A DNA stretch of 64,000 bases from Desulfobacterales bacterium (GTDB lineage: Bacteria > Desulfobacterota > Desulfobacteria > Desulfobacterales > UBA2174): positions 672,001-736,000 of the forward strand of contig CAXXWC010000019.1 in assembly GCA_963668645.2 (NCBI GenBank). The letters run 5' to 3'. The position numbers and the translations under genes were made by a program. This document shows, piece after piece, positions 10,519-20,862 of the stretch; the first letter of the stretch is position 1; the number at the start of each line of letters is the position of its first letter. The notes beneath the pieces are model-generated. The model was given only the letters and a program-made list of their open reading frames with translations, made no database searches and had not been told where the DNA came from.

Positions 10519-10677
10519 GTCCCTTGTTGCATTAATAGATTAGCCCGAATCCGCTTTTTGGCCGATCGAATTTACTTCATCGACCGATTGATCCTTTTTT
10601 ACACCTCGCCTAAACAGTATTCAGAATATTTTTCTCGCCAACAATCTAGCCCAACTACAAGGAGAAAGGGGTCTTTT

Positions 10678-12288
10678 ATGTCCGTTGAAAGTGTGAACAG
10701 GCACCTTTTGAGCCCGGTCAACTTCCTGCAGCGCAGCGCCTTGGTCTTTCCCGAAAAGACGGCCGTCGTGAACGGGACCACGCGCTACACCTACGGGCAG
10801 ATGCAGCAGCGCGTCTTTCAGCTGGCCAACGCCCTGCGGGCCAAGGGCGTCGGCAAAGGCGACATGGTGGCCTTCATCTGCCCGAACATCCCGCCGATGC
10901 TCGAGGCCCACTACGCCGTGCCGATGATCGGGGCCGCCCTGGTCTCGATCAACATCCGGCTTTCGCCGGGTGAAATCGAGTACATCATCAACCACTCGGA
11001 CGCCAAAGCGCTTTTTGTCGACAACGAGTTTTCCCACACCGTGCAGCCGGTGCTGGAGCGCCTCGAAAAGATCGAACTGGTGGTCAATATCTGTGACGCC
11101 AGCAACGACAAACCGCTGGAGGGCCCCGACTACGAGGCGTTCATCGCGGCAGCGCCGTCCACTCCGGTAACGCTGGCCGTCGAGGACGAGTACGAGGTGG
11201 CCACCATCAACTATACCTCCGGCACCACCGGCCGGCCCAAGGGGGTCATGTACCACCACCGCGGCGCCTATCTCAACGCCATCGGCGAGCAGCTCGAATT
11301 CAACACCGACTGGCGCTCGATCTATCTGTGGACCCTGCCCATGTTCCACTGCAACGGCTGGTGTTTTACCTGGGGCATCACGGCCGTGGGTGCCACCCAT
11401 GTCTGCCTGCGCAAGGTCGTGCCCGAGGAGATCTACAAGGCCATCGCCGCCGAAGGGGTCACCCACCTGTGCGCGGCGCCGACCGTGCTGATCGGCATGT
11501 CGGCCTACGCCACCGAGCACAGCCTCAAGCTCTCCCAGCGGCTTGAGATCATGACCGCCGGCGCCCCCCCCGCGCCGACGGTGATCCAGAACATGGAAAA
11601 CGTGGGCGCCAACATCACCCAGACCTACGGTCTGACCGAGGTGTTCGGCCCGCACAGCGTCTGCCAGTGGCAGTCCCAGTGGGATCGGCTCGGCCCAGAG
11701 AAAAGAGCCCAGTACAAGGCGCGTCAGGGAGTCGCCTTCATCATCGCCGAGCACATGGACGTGGTCGATCCGGTCACCATGACACCGGTGCCGCGGGACG
11801 CGACGACGATCGGTGAGATCGTCATGCGGGGCAACAACGTGATGCTCGGCTACTACAAGGACCCGGAGGCGACGGCCACCGCCTTTGCGGGTGGATGGTT
11901 TCACAGCGGAGACCTGGCCGTGATGCATCCGGACAACTACACCCAGATCGTGGACCGCAAAAAGGACGTGATCATCAGCGGCGGCGAGAACATCTCCACG
12001 GTCGAAGTGGAAAGCGTGCTGTACAAACATCCGGACGTCATGGAGGTGGCGGTGATCCCCATCCCGGACGACAAGTGGGGCGAAGTGCCCAAGGCCTTTA
12101 TCGTGCCCCGGCCCGGCGCCCAACCCGACCCCCAGGCGATCATCGATTTTTGCAAGGCCAACCTGGCCCGCTTCAAGGCGCCCAAGGTCGTCGAGTTCGG
12201 CGAGCTGCCCAAGACGGCCACCGGCAAGATCCAAAAGTACAAGCTGCGCGAACGCGAGTGGCAGGGACGCGAACGTCGCGTCAACTGA
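10678..12288 (+). CDS. AMP-binding acyl-CoA synthetase (fatty/organic acid-CoA ligase)
   Basis: YTSGTTGRPKG, TLPMFHCNGW, TYGLTE, HSGDLA and PKTATGKIQK motifs; AAGGAG/AAGGGG upstream of ATG 10678. Confidence 0.93.
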   Translation: MSVESVNRHLLSPVNFLQRSALVFPEKTAVVNGTTRYTYGQMQQRVFQLANALRAKGVGKGDMVAFICPNIPPMLEAHYAVPMIGAALVSINIRLSPGEIEYIINHSDAKALFVDNEFSHTVQPVLERLEKIELVVNICDASNDKPLEGPDYEAFIAAAPSTPVTLAVEDEYEVATINYTSGTTGRPKGVMYHHRGAYLNAIGEQLEFNTDWRSIYLWTLPMFHCNGWCFTWGITAVGATHVCLRKVVPEEIYKAIAAEGVTHLCAAPTVLIGMSAYATEHSLKLSQRLEIMTAGAPPAPTVIQNMENVGANITQTYGLTEVFGPHSVCQWQSQWDRLGPEKRAQYKARQGVAFIIAEHMDVVDPVTMTPVPRDATTIGEIVMRGNNVMLGYYKDPEATATAFAGGWFHSGDLAVMHPDNYTQIVDRKKDVIISGGENISTVEVESVLYKHPDVMEVAVIPIPDDKWGEVPKAFIVPRPGAQPDPQAIIDFCKANLARFKAPKVVEFGELPKTATGKIQKYKLREREWQGRERRVN

Positions 12289-12354
12289 AATGTCGTTACC
12301 GGCATCCAACCGTGGTTGCATCGACCGTAATCCAGACATGGAAGGAGAAGCACG

Positions 12355-13707
12355 ATGGCTTTCGCACTGTACAGTCGGCAAGACGGTAAAGAGCAGCCCT
12401 ACTGGGGCGCGGGCCCCTTCAAGATCAGGCTGCCGCTGGTCCATTACCGCTGGGAATGGGTGGAGTTCGTCCAGGCGCTGATCCTTTTCGTCGTCAGTCT
12501 GGCGATGATCCCGCTGCTGGAAAAGCATCTGGGCCTGCCCTACGAAATCGCCCTGGCTTACGTCTTTATCTGCGGCATCGGCTTCATGCTGCCGGCTTTT
12601 CTCGGGGTACCCATGGTACCGGGCTGGATCACGCCGGCCATCCCGGTGGTGCTGCTGTTCGTGTCCCAATTCGAACCCGGCCCGGAGGCGATCCGTGCCC
12701 TGGTGGCGCTGCAGATCCTGGTGGCTGTGATTTTTCTCCTTCTCGGCGCAACCAAGCTGAGCAGCAAGGTGGTCAACAACGTGCCGCCGTCGATCAAGGC
12801 GGGCATCCTGCTCGGGGCCGGCGTGGCGGCCTTCATGGGCGAGCTGAAGATGGGCGGGCGCATCCCCAACACGCCCATCGCCATCGGCATCGGCACGCTG
12901 GTCTGCTTTTACATGCTGTTTTCCGTCTCATTTATCAAACTGCGGGAAAAGAACGGCCTGGCCAGGCTGCTGGGCAAGTACGGCATGGTGCCGGCCATGG
13001 TCCTGGCGATCCTTGTCGGCATGATGGTCAAGGAATACCCCCTGCCCGACATCCGTTTCGGCATCACGGTGCCGGCCTTCAAAGAGATGTGGCATTACCT
13101 GCCCTTCACGATCGGTTTCCCCAGTTTCGACATCTTCGTCAAAGCCGTGCCCACAGCCATTATCGCCTATATCATCGCCTTTGGCGACGTCATCGTGGGA
13201 ACGGTCCTGGTCAACTCGGCGGTCAGTGAAAACCGCCCCGACGAAAAAGCCGACGCGGACGTCGACCGGATTCACCTGGTCACCGGCCTGCGCAACGTGC
13301 TGCACGCCTTTTTCGCTCCCTATCCCGGTCTGGCCGGCCCGATCTGGACGGCGGTGACCGCCACGGTGGCCGACCGCTACCGCCAGGGCCGCCCCGCCAT
13401 GGACTCGATCTTCAGCGGGAGCGGAACCTTCTGGATCGCGGGCTTCATCGCCCTGTTCATCCTGCCGCTGGTCAGCTTCTTCAAACCCTTTTTGCCCATC
13501 GGGCTGTCGCTGACCATGGTCGTCACCGGCTATCTGTGCATCGTCACGGCCTTCAAACAGATCGACTCGCCGGTCCAGCTCGGGGTGGCCGGCACCATGG
13601 CGATCGTGCTGGCCACCCACGGCGCGGCCTGGGGCCTGGGGACCGGAATCGTCTTTCACATTTTTCTCGAGCGCCAGTTGTTCGCCGTCGCCGGGCAGAC
13701 CGGGTGA
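12355..13707 (+). CDS. Polytopic permease (NCS2/BenE-like solute carrier)
   Basis: About 12 hydrophobic segments; GGAG RBS; follows the CoA ligase. Family assignment is tentative. Confidence 0.7.
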   Translation: MAFALYSRQDGKEQPYWGAGPFKIRLPLVHYRWEWVEFVQALILFVVSLAMIPLLEKHLGLPYEIALAYVFICGIGFMLPAFLGVPMVPGWITPAIPVVLLFVSQFEPGPEAIRALVALQILVAVIFLLLGATKLSSKVVNNVPPSIKAGILLGAGVAAFMGELKMGGRIPNTPIAIGIGTLVCFYMLFSVSFIKLREKNGLARLLGKYGMVPAMVLAILVGMMVKEYPLPDIRFGITVPAFKEMWHYLPFTIGFPSFDIFVKAVPTAIIAYIIAFGDVIVGTVLVNSAVSENRPDEKADADVDRIHLVTGLRNVLHAFFAPYPGLAGPIWTAVTATVADRYRQGRPAMDSIFSGSGTFWIAGFIALFILPLVSFFKPFLPIGLSLTMVVTGYLCIVTAFKQIDSPVQLGVAGTMAIVLATHGAAWGLGTGIVFHIFLERQLFAVAGQTG

Positions 13708-13739
13708 TTTATCATCCTCGACGCGTCATCTTCGAAAGC

Positions 13740-13770
13740 GGGCGGGGGCAAGAGACCGCGGCCCCCGCCC
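13740..13770. terminator. GC-rich hairpin between convergent genes
   Basis: Perfect 10-bp stem GGGCGGGGGC / GCCCCCGCCC with an 11-nt loop. Confidence 0.5.
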
Positions 13771-13823
13771 GATCATCAGGATAAAATGATTCCTTGGGAT
13801 ATGGCCGGCTCTTTAACGATGCA

Positions 13824-14480
13824 TCACGCCAGGGGAATGACGTAAAAGAGGATCGCAAAAAAATGCAGGATGCTGCCCGTGAGCACAAATCCGTGCCATA
13901 TCGCGTGACCGTAGGGCAGCCTTTTCCAGGCGTAAAAGACAACGCCCAGCGTATAGGCCAACCCGCCCAGGATGATCAGCAGCAGTCCGCCTGTGCCCAT
14001 GGATGCCATCAGGGGGCGAAAGGCCGCAACGATGATCCATCCCATGGCAAGGTACAGGACCGTGCCGACGGCTTTCTTTTTCTTGGTACTCTTGACTTCC
14101 ATCACGATGCCAAAAGCCGCCAGCCCCCATGCCGCTGCAAAGAACGACCATCCCCAGGGCCCCCTGAGATTGACCAACGTAAAGGGCGTATAGGTGCCGG
14201 CAATCAGCAGGTAGATGGCCGAGTGGTCGACGATTCTCAGCACTCTTTTGGCCGGGGGGGCCTGGACACTGTGGTACAAGGTCGAGGCGGAATACAAAAG
14301 AATCATGGTGGCCGCATAGATGCTGCACCCCACCACATGCCAGCGGTCGCCATAAACGCTGGCAAACGCGGTGAGCACGCCCAATCCACTGATGGCCAGC
14401 AGGATCCCGACGCCGTGGGTGATGCTGTTGGCGATTTCCTCGCCGGCGGTGTATTTCGAAAGGTGTTTATCTGCCATCAT
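13824..14480 (-). CDS. trhA: Hemolysin III / PAQR family membrane protein
   Basis: EEIANSITHG, SASTLYH, DHSAIYLLIAGTYTP and HAIWHGFV motifs. Confidence 0.92.
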   Translation of the reverse strand: MMADKHLSKYTAGEEIANSITHGVGILLAISGLGVLTAFASVYGDRWHVVGCSIYAATMILLYSASTLYHSVQAPPAKRVLRIVDHSAIYLLIAGTYTPFTLVNLRGPWGWSFFAAAWGLAAFGIVMEVKSTKKKKAVGTVLYLAMGWIIVAAFRPLMASMGTGGLLLIILGGLAYTLGVVFYAWKRLPYGHAIWHGFVLTGSILHFFAILFYVIPLA

Positions 14481-14673
14481 GCGGCATAATTCCTTGTCTT
14501 ATCAGTTCGTCGTCTGAACCTGTCCCTTCACAAGGCGTCGCCGTCCCTGATGGAAACCGGTTCGTTGTCCGGTCCATAATCGCATAGTTGAGTTTTCCCT
14601 TGGGTAAAAGAATTGTCACCGTCAACCGGGATGTTTTTCAGACATAAAACTCGGTTCCATATCCGTTGTATCG

Positions 14674-15756
14674 TCACGGTCCTTCAAATGGATTGTAGAC
14701 ACTTGTCAGGGGCCAGGGTGCCTGGCCTGCCAGGGACGGCCAGAAATTGTAGTCGACTCCCGCTTCCGTGTCTTGCCCGCACACAGCAGTCAAGGCGATC
14801 CCGTTGTGAATCAGGATCCCCCTGTGGTCCTCCACAGGGGCGTTGGTCCAGACACCTTCGCCACTTTCCTGATTGATCACGCCGCTGATTTTCCCAGAGC
14901 TGTAAAAGTATCTCCGGGCTTGGTCCGAGTCTTCATACAAATGAACGTAGAAGCTTTGCCCTTCGGCGAGAAAGATCAACTTGATAAAGGTCGCTGCCCG
15001 AAACGGGTCGATTGCGGCCAGCCACGTGCTTGGTCTCTCCGAGTCCTGCGCCAGAGTCACATAGGTCAGCAGGTCGTCCCACGGGGCGCTGTAAATGGCA
15101 TCGTCCTCCTTACAGCCGCCGCAAGGTGATGCCAGAAACTCGCTGTGAGTCATCACCGAAGCCGGCAAATCACTACAGTAGATGTAATCGGTATCGTTGA
15201 AGATTGCCAGGTGGTGCGGCTCGTTGAGGTCCTTGGTCCCCTGGGCCACGATCGGCTTGGCGTCGCTGCCGAACGTGCCCTGGTAGACCACCGCGAGCAC
15301 CAGGTCGGTGATCCCGGCCGGGATCGGATTTTCTCTGAAATCGAACACCAGTTCCATCTCCCCGCCGGCGGAGAACTGGACCACATCGAGGCTCACCGAC
15401 GTTCGATGGGAAAAGCCCTCAGCGCGCGACTCCTGCGTGGGCGGGTCGTTCAACAGATCCGGATCGTAGTCGGTGCGTTCCCGGAACAGGGCATAGGCGG
15501 TCAACGTCCCCGAATTGAGGGCCGCACTGGTGATCTTGTTTCTGATCTTGACCCTGATCCAGGTAAACTGCTGCGGCGATGCGCTGCCGTCGATGATCGA
15601 GTAGGCATAGTCCTCCGGCGGCAGAACCTCCAGCGCCTGCAAACCGAGGGTCTTTCCCGCGATCGACAGCATGATCGCGTTGCCGCAGTCGGTGGCGGCA
15701 AAGGAGAATAGCAGTGCTGAAATAGTCAAAATTTGTATGATCTTTTGCAGATGCAT
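14674..15756 (-). CDS. Secreted hypothetical protein 'X2' (paralogue of 21171-22268)
   Basis: GGAGA RBS before ATG 15756; signal-peptide-like N-terminus; 15176-15696 is near-identical to 21673-22193. Confidence 0.85.
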   Translation of the reverse strand: MHLQKIIQILTISALLFSFAATDCGNAIMLSIAGKTLGLQALEVLPPEDYAYSIIDGSASPQQFTWIRVKIRNKITSAALNSGTLTAYALFRERTDYDPDLLNDPPTQESRAEGFSHRTSVSLDVVQFSAGGEMELVFDFRENPIPAGITDLVLAVVYQGTFGSDAKPIVAQGTKDLNEPHHLAIFNDTDYIYCSDLPASVMTHSEFLASPCGGCKEDDAIYSAPWDDLLTYVTLAQDSERPSTWLAAIDPFRAATFIKLIFLAEGQSFYVHLYEDSDQARRYFYSSGKISGVINQESGEGVWTNAPVEDHRGILIHNGIALTAVCGQDTEAGVDYNFWPSLAGQAPWPLTSVYNPFEGP

Positions 15757-16064
15757 AGTTTCTCCATTAAAAAGCATTAGATTTGCCTACGGGTTAAGGG
15801 CTCTTGAATTCTTTAAACACAACATCATGGCGTTTCACCTTGTTAGATGAACCTAAAATATGTCAGGGAACATCCGTTGAATCATATGAATGGATAATAC
15901 GGATCGAAAAAACGAGCTGCAATCGAAAACATCGAACAATTCGAATGCTGGACGAAACATACTGAGATAGTCGGCCAGATAGTCATAAAGTGAAAGCGTC
16001 TAAATTTCGCACAGAGGCGGTTCTTTTTCTCTTGACGAATTCCTAATGGTAGCGCCCCCTATTT

Positions 16065-16469
16065 TTAATATAGCCCATTCACAGACCGCTCTAAACGCAT
16101 TTTTAATTTATCTATTGCATGTTTAAATTCTTCGTTCGGGCCATGATTATAAAGAATTTTACCGTTCTCAAGAACGAAAGTTGCATATTTTTTTATTGAA
16201 ACGGTTTTGATCAGATGAAAGCCATACTTTTTTGCTCCACCGCTTCTGCACATATAAAATTCAATAGTGTTCGCATCGAAATCTATAATAATTTTGTACG
16301 CTACTTTTCGGAGGAACCTGTCAACAATAAGCCCCATCACACTTAATACGGCGACAATATGAAATAGTCTTTTGATATGTTCAAAATTTTCTTGATGGGC
16401 GATCGCCACCATAACCATTAGCAAAAAAGAAAAAATTAGTGTTTTACCTAAATTATTGGTCACACACAT
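16065..16469 (-). CDS. Low-GC membrane protein, candidate orphan immunity protein
   Basis: AT-rich, two hydrophobic segments, located in the Rhs toxin/immunity array; start uncertain. Confidence 0.6.
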   Translation of the reverse strand: MCVTNNLGKTLIFSFLLMVMVAIAHQENFEHIKRLFHIVAVLSVMGLIVDRFLRKVAYKIIIDFDANTIEFYMCRSGGAKKYGFHLIKTVSIKKYATFVLENGKILYNHGPNEEFKHAIDKLKMRLERSVNGLY

Positions 16470-16550
16470 ATATATTGCCGGTTGACTATATAATATTAGG
16501 TATCATTTTCTTTCGTGCCGATCATCATGGCATTGCAGAGGCTCCCATTC

Positions 16551-18514
16551 CTTGGGTTTGGGAAACGTAGGAACACAGAATTGGCGCAAACCCTTATCTG
16601 GTGCGCATCTATGACGATGAATGAAATTCAGCGTGTGTCTACATTTTTCGCCCCTTTTTAGGGCCGATTTTCCAGTGAAAGGACCTGCTGCGGAGATTTG
16701 ATTTTAAGCGCTTTCAGTATGTTGGCAGTTTTCACGGGGATCTCGTTGCGCATAAGCACACGGTAATTTAAATTGAAAAGTTTTGTGACTTGCAGCTTGT
16801 CCAGCGACCGGCGAATTCGGTGCCAGGGCAGGCCGCATTCGAGTTCGGCCACCCGCTCGATCATCAGCGCCAGCACACAGATCTTCACATGGGCCTCAAT
16901 GCGCCGCGAGGCCCAGTGGTACATCGGCATCATCTTGATCTGGGTGCGTTTGAGCGAGCGAAAGCAGCGCTCAATGACCATCAGCCCTTTGTATCCGCAG
17001 GCGGCGTCTTCGAGGCTGATGGTATCGTCGTTGGTTTCCACCACCCATTTGCCATCGTACTTGGCCGCCGCCTTGATGGCCGCCCGGTCGATTCGGACCT
17101 GGTTGCCCTTGGTGATGCGCAGATACCGCTTGAAACGCGCCGAGGCCAACAGCTCGATCGCCCACTGGGCCGTGGCCGATGGGTCCGGGTGCCGATCGAG
17201 TTCGGTTTCGAGCATCTGAACGATCGTTTCACGGTGTAGCCGCTGGCGTTTGGCTTCCTTGGGGTTGTAGCACAGGATGTAGCGCTTGCGCCTTTCGCCG
17301 TCGCCAACGATGACTTCTTTTGCGTGCAGGTTGTCTCGGATGACAGTGTAGCGGCCGCGTTTGCTCAGCACATCGCGTTTGATTTCGGCCACGCTGGCCA
17401 TCCGGCAGGCCAGAAGGTACTTGCCGCAAGCCCGGGCCAGTTCTTCGCGGTTGGTCTGCGAATTCATGCCCGCGTCGGCGACAAACAGGGCGCGACCCAG
17501 GTTCCAGCCCCGCAGGTCGGTGCGGATCTTTTCGACGGTGGCCACATCGGCCGTGTTGCCCGGCAGCACCCAACTGCGCACCGGGATGCCTTCGCGAGTC
17601 ACGGCCAGGGCCACGACGACTTGGGGTGACCAGGTACCTTCCTTGTTGCGGCCGAACTTGCGCATTGTGGCGTTGGCGTGCCGGTCGCCGTCATCTTCCC
17701 GGTCGACATGGAACGAGGCCGTGGTGGTGTCGTAGAAGATCAGATCCACGGTGAGGTTGAACAGGTTGGCGGTATGGAAAAAGACGCTTTTTTCGATCTC
17801 GGCGGCATGTTCGTGGAGCAGATCCATGGCCTCGTACATGTGATCGAGCTTCAGCCCGTCGCATGACGGCAGGTAAACCGTGGACAGCCAGCGATCCCAG
17901 ACGCCCAGCTTGGATTCGGGCTCACAGAGCCGGTTGGCGGTCATGGCCAACAGGGCCCGTTCGTAGTTGATGCGAACCCCTTTGGACTTGACGATGTTGG
18001 CCAGGGTCTTTCGAAGCCCCAACCGTTCCCAGAGGGTTTCGATAACCAGCGGGCAGCCGAAAGCGAGAGTTTCTTGAATTTTGAGGCTGTCAGCCAGTGC
18101 CGAGACCGCTTGGTCGTTTTCGAGCGGATCGGTGACGGTCAGGCCGCAGACCCGTGCAATGGATCGGCACAGGCGCACGAGCTGAGCGCGATCGAGTTGA
18201 TCGGTGCGCCCGAAGTTGTGGATGATTTTGGCGACCGGTTTACGGGTTTTGGGATCGCGCTCGTTGTGGGCGAGTTGGAAGTATTCGACCGTTGAGCCGT
18301 CCTTATTGGTGCGCTTTGTGGTTCGTAGGTACATGCTTACCCACATAGCGTTTGAAATATTTTATGTCAAGGCCTAAACCGCGAATTCGTGTGCCTACAG
18401 CATTTGAGCTTAAAAAACGGCTCAATTTTTTGTAACTAATTGTTTTTATAAGGTGCGAATTCGTGGAGAGCCGAATTTCGGAGGTGTTTTTTGCCTACAA
18501 ATCCCAAACCCAAG
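16551..18514 (-). mobile_element. IS1634-family insertion sequence, 1964 bp
   Basis: 21-bp IRs CTTGGGTTTGGGAAACGTAGG / CCTACAAATCCCAAACCCAAG (3 mismatches); 5-bp TSD CATTC at 16546-16550 and 18515-18519. Confidence 0.93.
16658..18334 (-). CDS. IS1634-family transposase
   Basis: MYLRTTKR N-terminus, IFYDTTT, PGNTAD, FVADAG and YKGLMVIERCFRSLK. Confidence 0.93.
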   Translation of the reverse strand: MYLRTTKRTNKDGSTVEYFQLAHNERDPKTRKPVAKIIHNFGRTDQLDRAQLVRLCRSIARVCGLTVTDPLENDQAVSALADSLKIQETLAFGCPLVIETLWERLGLRKTLANIVKSKGVRINYERALLAMTANRLCEPESKLGVWDRWLSTVYLPSCDGLKLDHMYEAMDLLHEHAAEIEKSVFFHTANLFNLTVDLIFYDTTTASFHVDREDDGDRHANATMRKFGRNKEGTWSPQVVVALAVTREGIPVRSWVLPGNTADVATVEKIRTDLRGWNLGRALFVADAGMNSQTNREELARACGKYLLACRMASVAEIKRDVLSKRGRYTVIRDNLHAKEVIVGDGERRKRYILCYNPKEAKRQRLHRETIVQMLETELDRHPDPSATAQWAIELLASARFKRYLRITKGNQVRIDRAAIKAAAKYDGKWVVETNDDTISLEDAACGYKGLMVIERCFRSLKRTQIKMMPMYHWASRRIEAHVKICVLALMIERVAELECGLPWHRIRRSLDKLQVTKLFNLNYRVLMRNEIPVKTANILKALKIKSPQQVLSLENRP

Positions 18515-18676
18515 CATTCCTATACCTATTCCTACCGGTGCTGTTGCCATAGCTACTCTTTCACATTGCCAGATCCTCCCTGGGTAAAAGGCTCTGGCCT
18601 TTAGCTTAGCACATTGTCCGATTTTCGGGGGCCACCGTCTAACAAATAATTAATATTTAAGGTCCCGTTCAATTGC

Positions 18677-19321
18677 TCACAGACTAAGCAAAAAACAAAA
18701 GGCTCCCAAAATAGCAAAATCATAAATCAATATAAATCCCAATGAACTTTTTAAGGCCACATTGCATTTATCTTCAGTTTTCTCCATAGCCAAATTCAAA
18801 TTTGATAGTAAAAGCTTATTTCCACCTTCCGGTGCACTCTTGAAGGTTGCTTCTATGAAGTCTCCTTTATCTGTAAATCCAAAATCAATTGCTTTAATAC
18901 TTAGCATTTCTTCCACCATTCTATCAGGAAGTGATTTCTTCTCTAATTCTAAGGAAACAGTTTTTTTAGTATATTCCCCTGCTGCCGGAGCCCTTACATA
19001 GTCTCCCGCAGTAAAATTAAAACTTTTTTTTATTCCTGATAAATATATACATTTTACCGCATTCCACGAAAATTCTAATTTGTGGGGCCTTACAAATTTT
19101 ATTATGTACAAAGAAATGCCATTTGGAAAAATTTTAGCATAAGGATATAGCGAAAACAATAAAGCCAACACCCCCACAAAAAACAAGTAATAATGCAAAT
19201 AGAAAAAATTGACCCCAATTCCCCTGTCGATAATAAACAAAGGCAAGCTAATTGACCAAGTTATCCGCCAATTCATTCTTGATCGACGAATAATAATATT
19301 TTTTTGATTACACATTGTCAT
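18677..19321 (-). CDS. Candidate immunity protein for the orphan Rhs tip
   Basis: Low GC; starts 17 bp after the orphan tip stop; hydrophobic N- and C-terminal segments. Confidence 0.7.
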   Translation of the reverse strand: MTMCNQKNIIIRRSRMNWRITWSISLPLFIIDRGIGVNFFYLHYYLFFVGVLALLFSLYPYAKIFPNGISLYIIKFVRPHKLEFSWNAVKCIYLSGIKKSFNFTAGDYVRAPAAGEYTKKTVSLELEKKSLPDRMVEEMLSIKAIDFGFTDKGDFIEATFKSAPEGGNKLLLSNLNLAMEKTEDKCNVALKSSLGFILIYDFAILGAFCFLLSL

Positions 19322-19338
19322 TGATAGAAATTCCCTAT

Positions 19339-20846
19339 CTATTCACAAGGATCTTCTCCCCAGTTATATTTTTGCATTTCATAGGCTATTTTTAGCAAAA
19401 TTATCGAAGTCAATCCTGGGGGGGCATTATTAAGAGCGCCCCCAAGTCCATTATAATCAGTATCTGACACAAACCATTGTGCAGGAGACCACGTCATACC
19501 TTCAGCATAGGCTTTACCATAAGATGTGGCCACTCTTTGTGCCTCTGCTGTTCTTTCACTCAACGGAGGGTAATAGTAATTTTTAAAATCGTTTATTGCA
19601 TTCTTTGTTCCATTCTTAATATCGCTTGCCATCTGAGAATATTGTTTTGACATCATTTCTTGTCGGGCGGCTATAGCTTCCGGCGATGGCGGAGTATATC
19701 CGGGTTGCGACCGTGCCCGCCCCTCGTTATGAAGGTGTTGATACGCTTGCATGAAACCCCAACCCTCCAATCCAAACGGGTCAATAAAGTTCACCGGATC
19801 ATTTTGGACATAGGCGTAAAGATTAATCTCCCCCTCCAACCCAATCGGATCCGCCGACAGATACCTCCCTGTCGTCGGGTCATAATACCTGTGATAGTTG
19901 TAATGAAAACCGGTCTCTTCATCGAAGTACTGACCGACGAACCGCAGGTTGAACTCGATGGCGGATGCCGGATTGACCACCGCCTCGCCCCCGGGCATGT
20001 AGACCGCCTCCCACACGATCCGGTTCTGCGCGTCGGTCACCGCCACCGGCGTTCCGATGTGGTCGTTTTGAAAGTAGTAGAACGCACCGGCCACCTTGTC
20101 GTACATCGCCAGGCGGTTGTCACCGCGGTACAAATACTCGCGCGCATTGATCCCGGCATCTTCCGTCTCCAGGATCAGGTGCCCGTCCTTGTCGTAGACG
20201 AACAGTGTCACCTCACCGCCCACCGCCTTGGCCACCCGCTGGCCCAGGCCGTTGTACACGTACTCGGCCACCAGCGACCCGGCCTCGGTGCAGCGAATCA
20301 AACGGTTGTCCCCATTGTACTCGAATCCCATCGAACCGCCAACCGTCCGGTTGCCCGCCGCGTCGTGTTCGTAATAGACTCCTTCCACATACTCCAGCCG
20401 GTTGGTCCCCTCGCTGTAAGTGTACCTCTCCAACGCACCGTTGACGATGTATTTGCTTAGCCGGTTGCCGGCAGCGTCGTAGCTCAAGCTCATAAGCCCC
20501 CAGCCTCCCTTCGCCGTCGTCAGCCGGTTCTGGGCATCGTATGCATAAGTGCGGTTGTCCCACGGCTGGGGGGGTGGGTCCAACGCGTTGCCAGCAGGTT
20601 GCCGTTCGAATCGTATGTAAACCGCTGCTCCCGCGGCATGTCCGGGTTGGCCACGGACAGGCGCCCGCGAAGATCGTGCGTCGTGGCGATCTGCCCGCCC
20701 GCCCCGTTGCCCGCCTTCTCGGCACGGCCGTATGGACGGTAGGCAAAGTCATCCATCAGGGTCGTAGTCAGGCTGTTGAAGGTGGTGCGCACCGCGTCCA
20801 CTGTACAGGCGCAGGCGTTGCGCTCAAAATCGAGGCTCCGGCCCAT
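19339..20846 (-). pseudogene. rhs: Orphan Rhs core plus a distinct C-terminal toxin tip (5'-truncated, frameshifted)
   Basis: 19943-20844 is near-identical to 23245-24141 of the main rhs. A +5-nt G-run expansion lies at 20568-20574. NDPVNFIDPFGL is followed by a unique 142-aa tip (19339-19767). Confidence 0.88.
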
Positions 20847-20862
20847 GTCAGGGTAGGATTAA

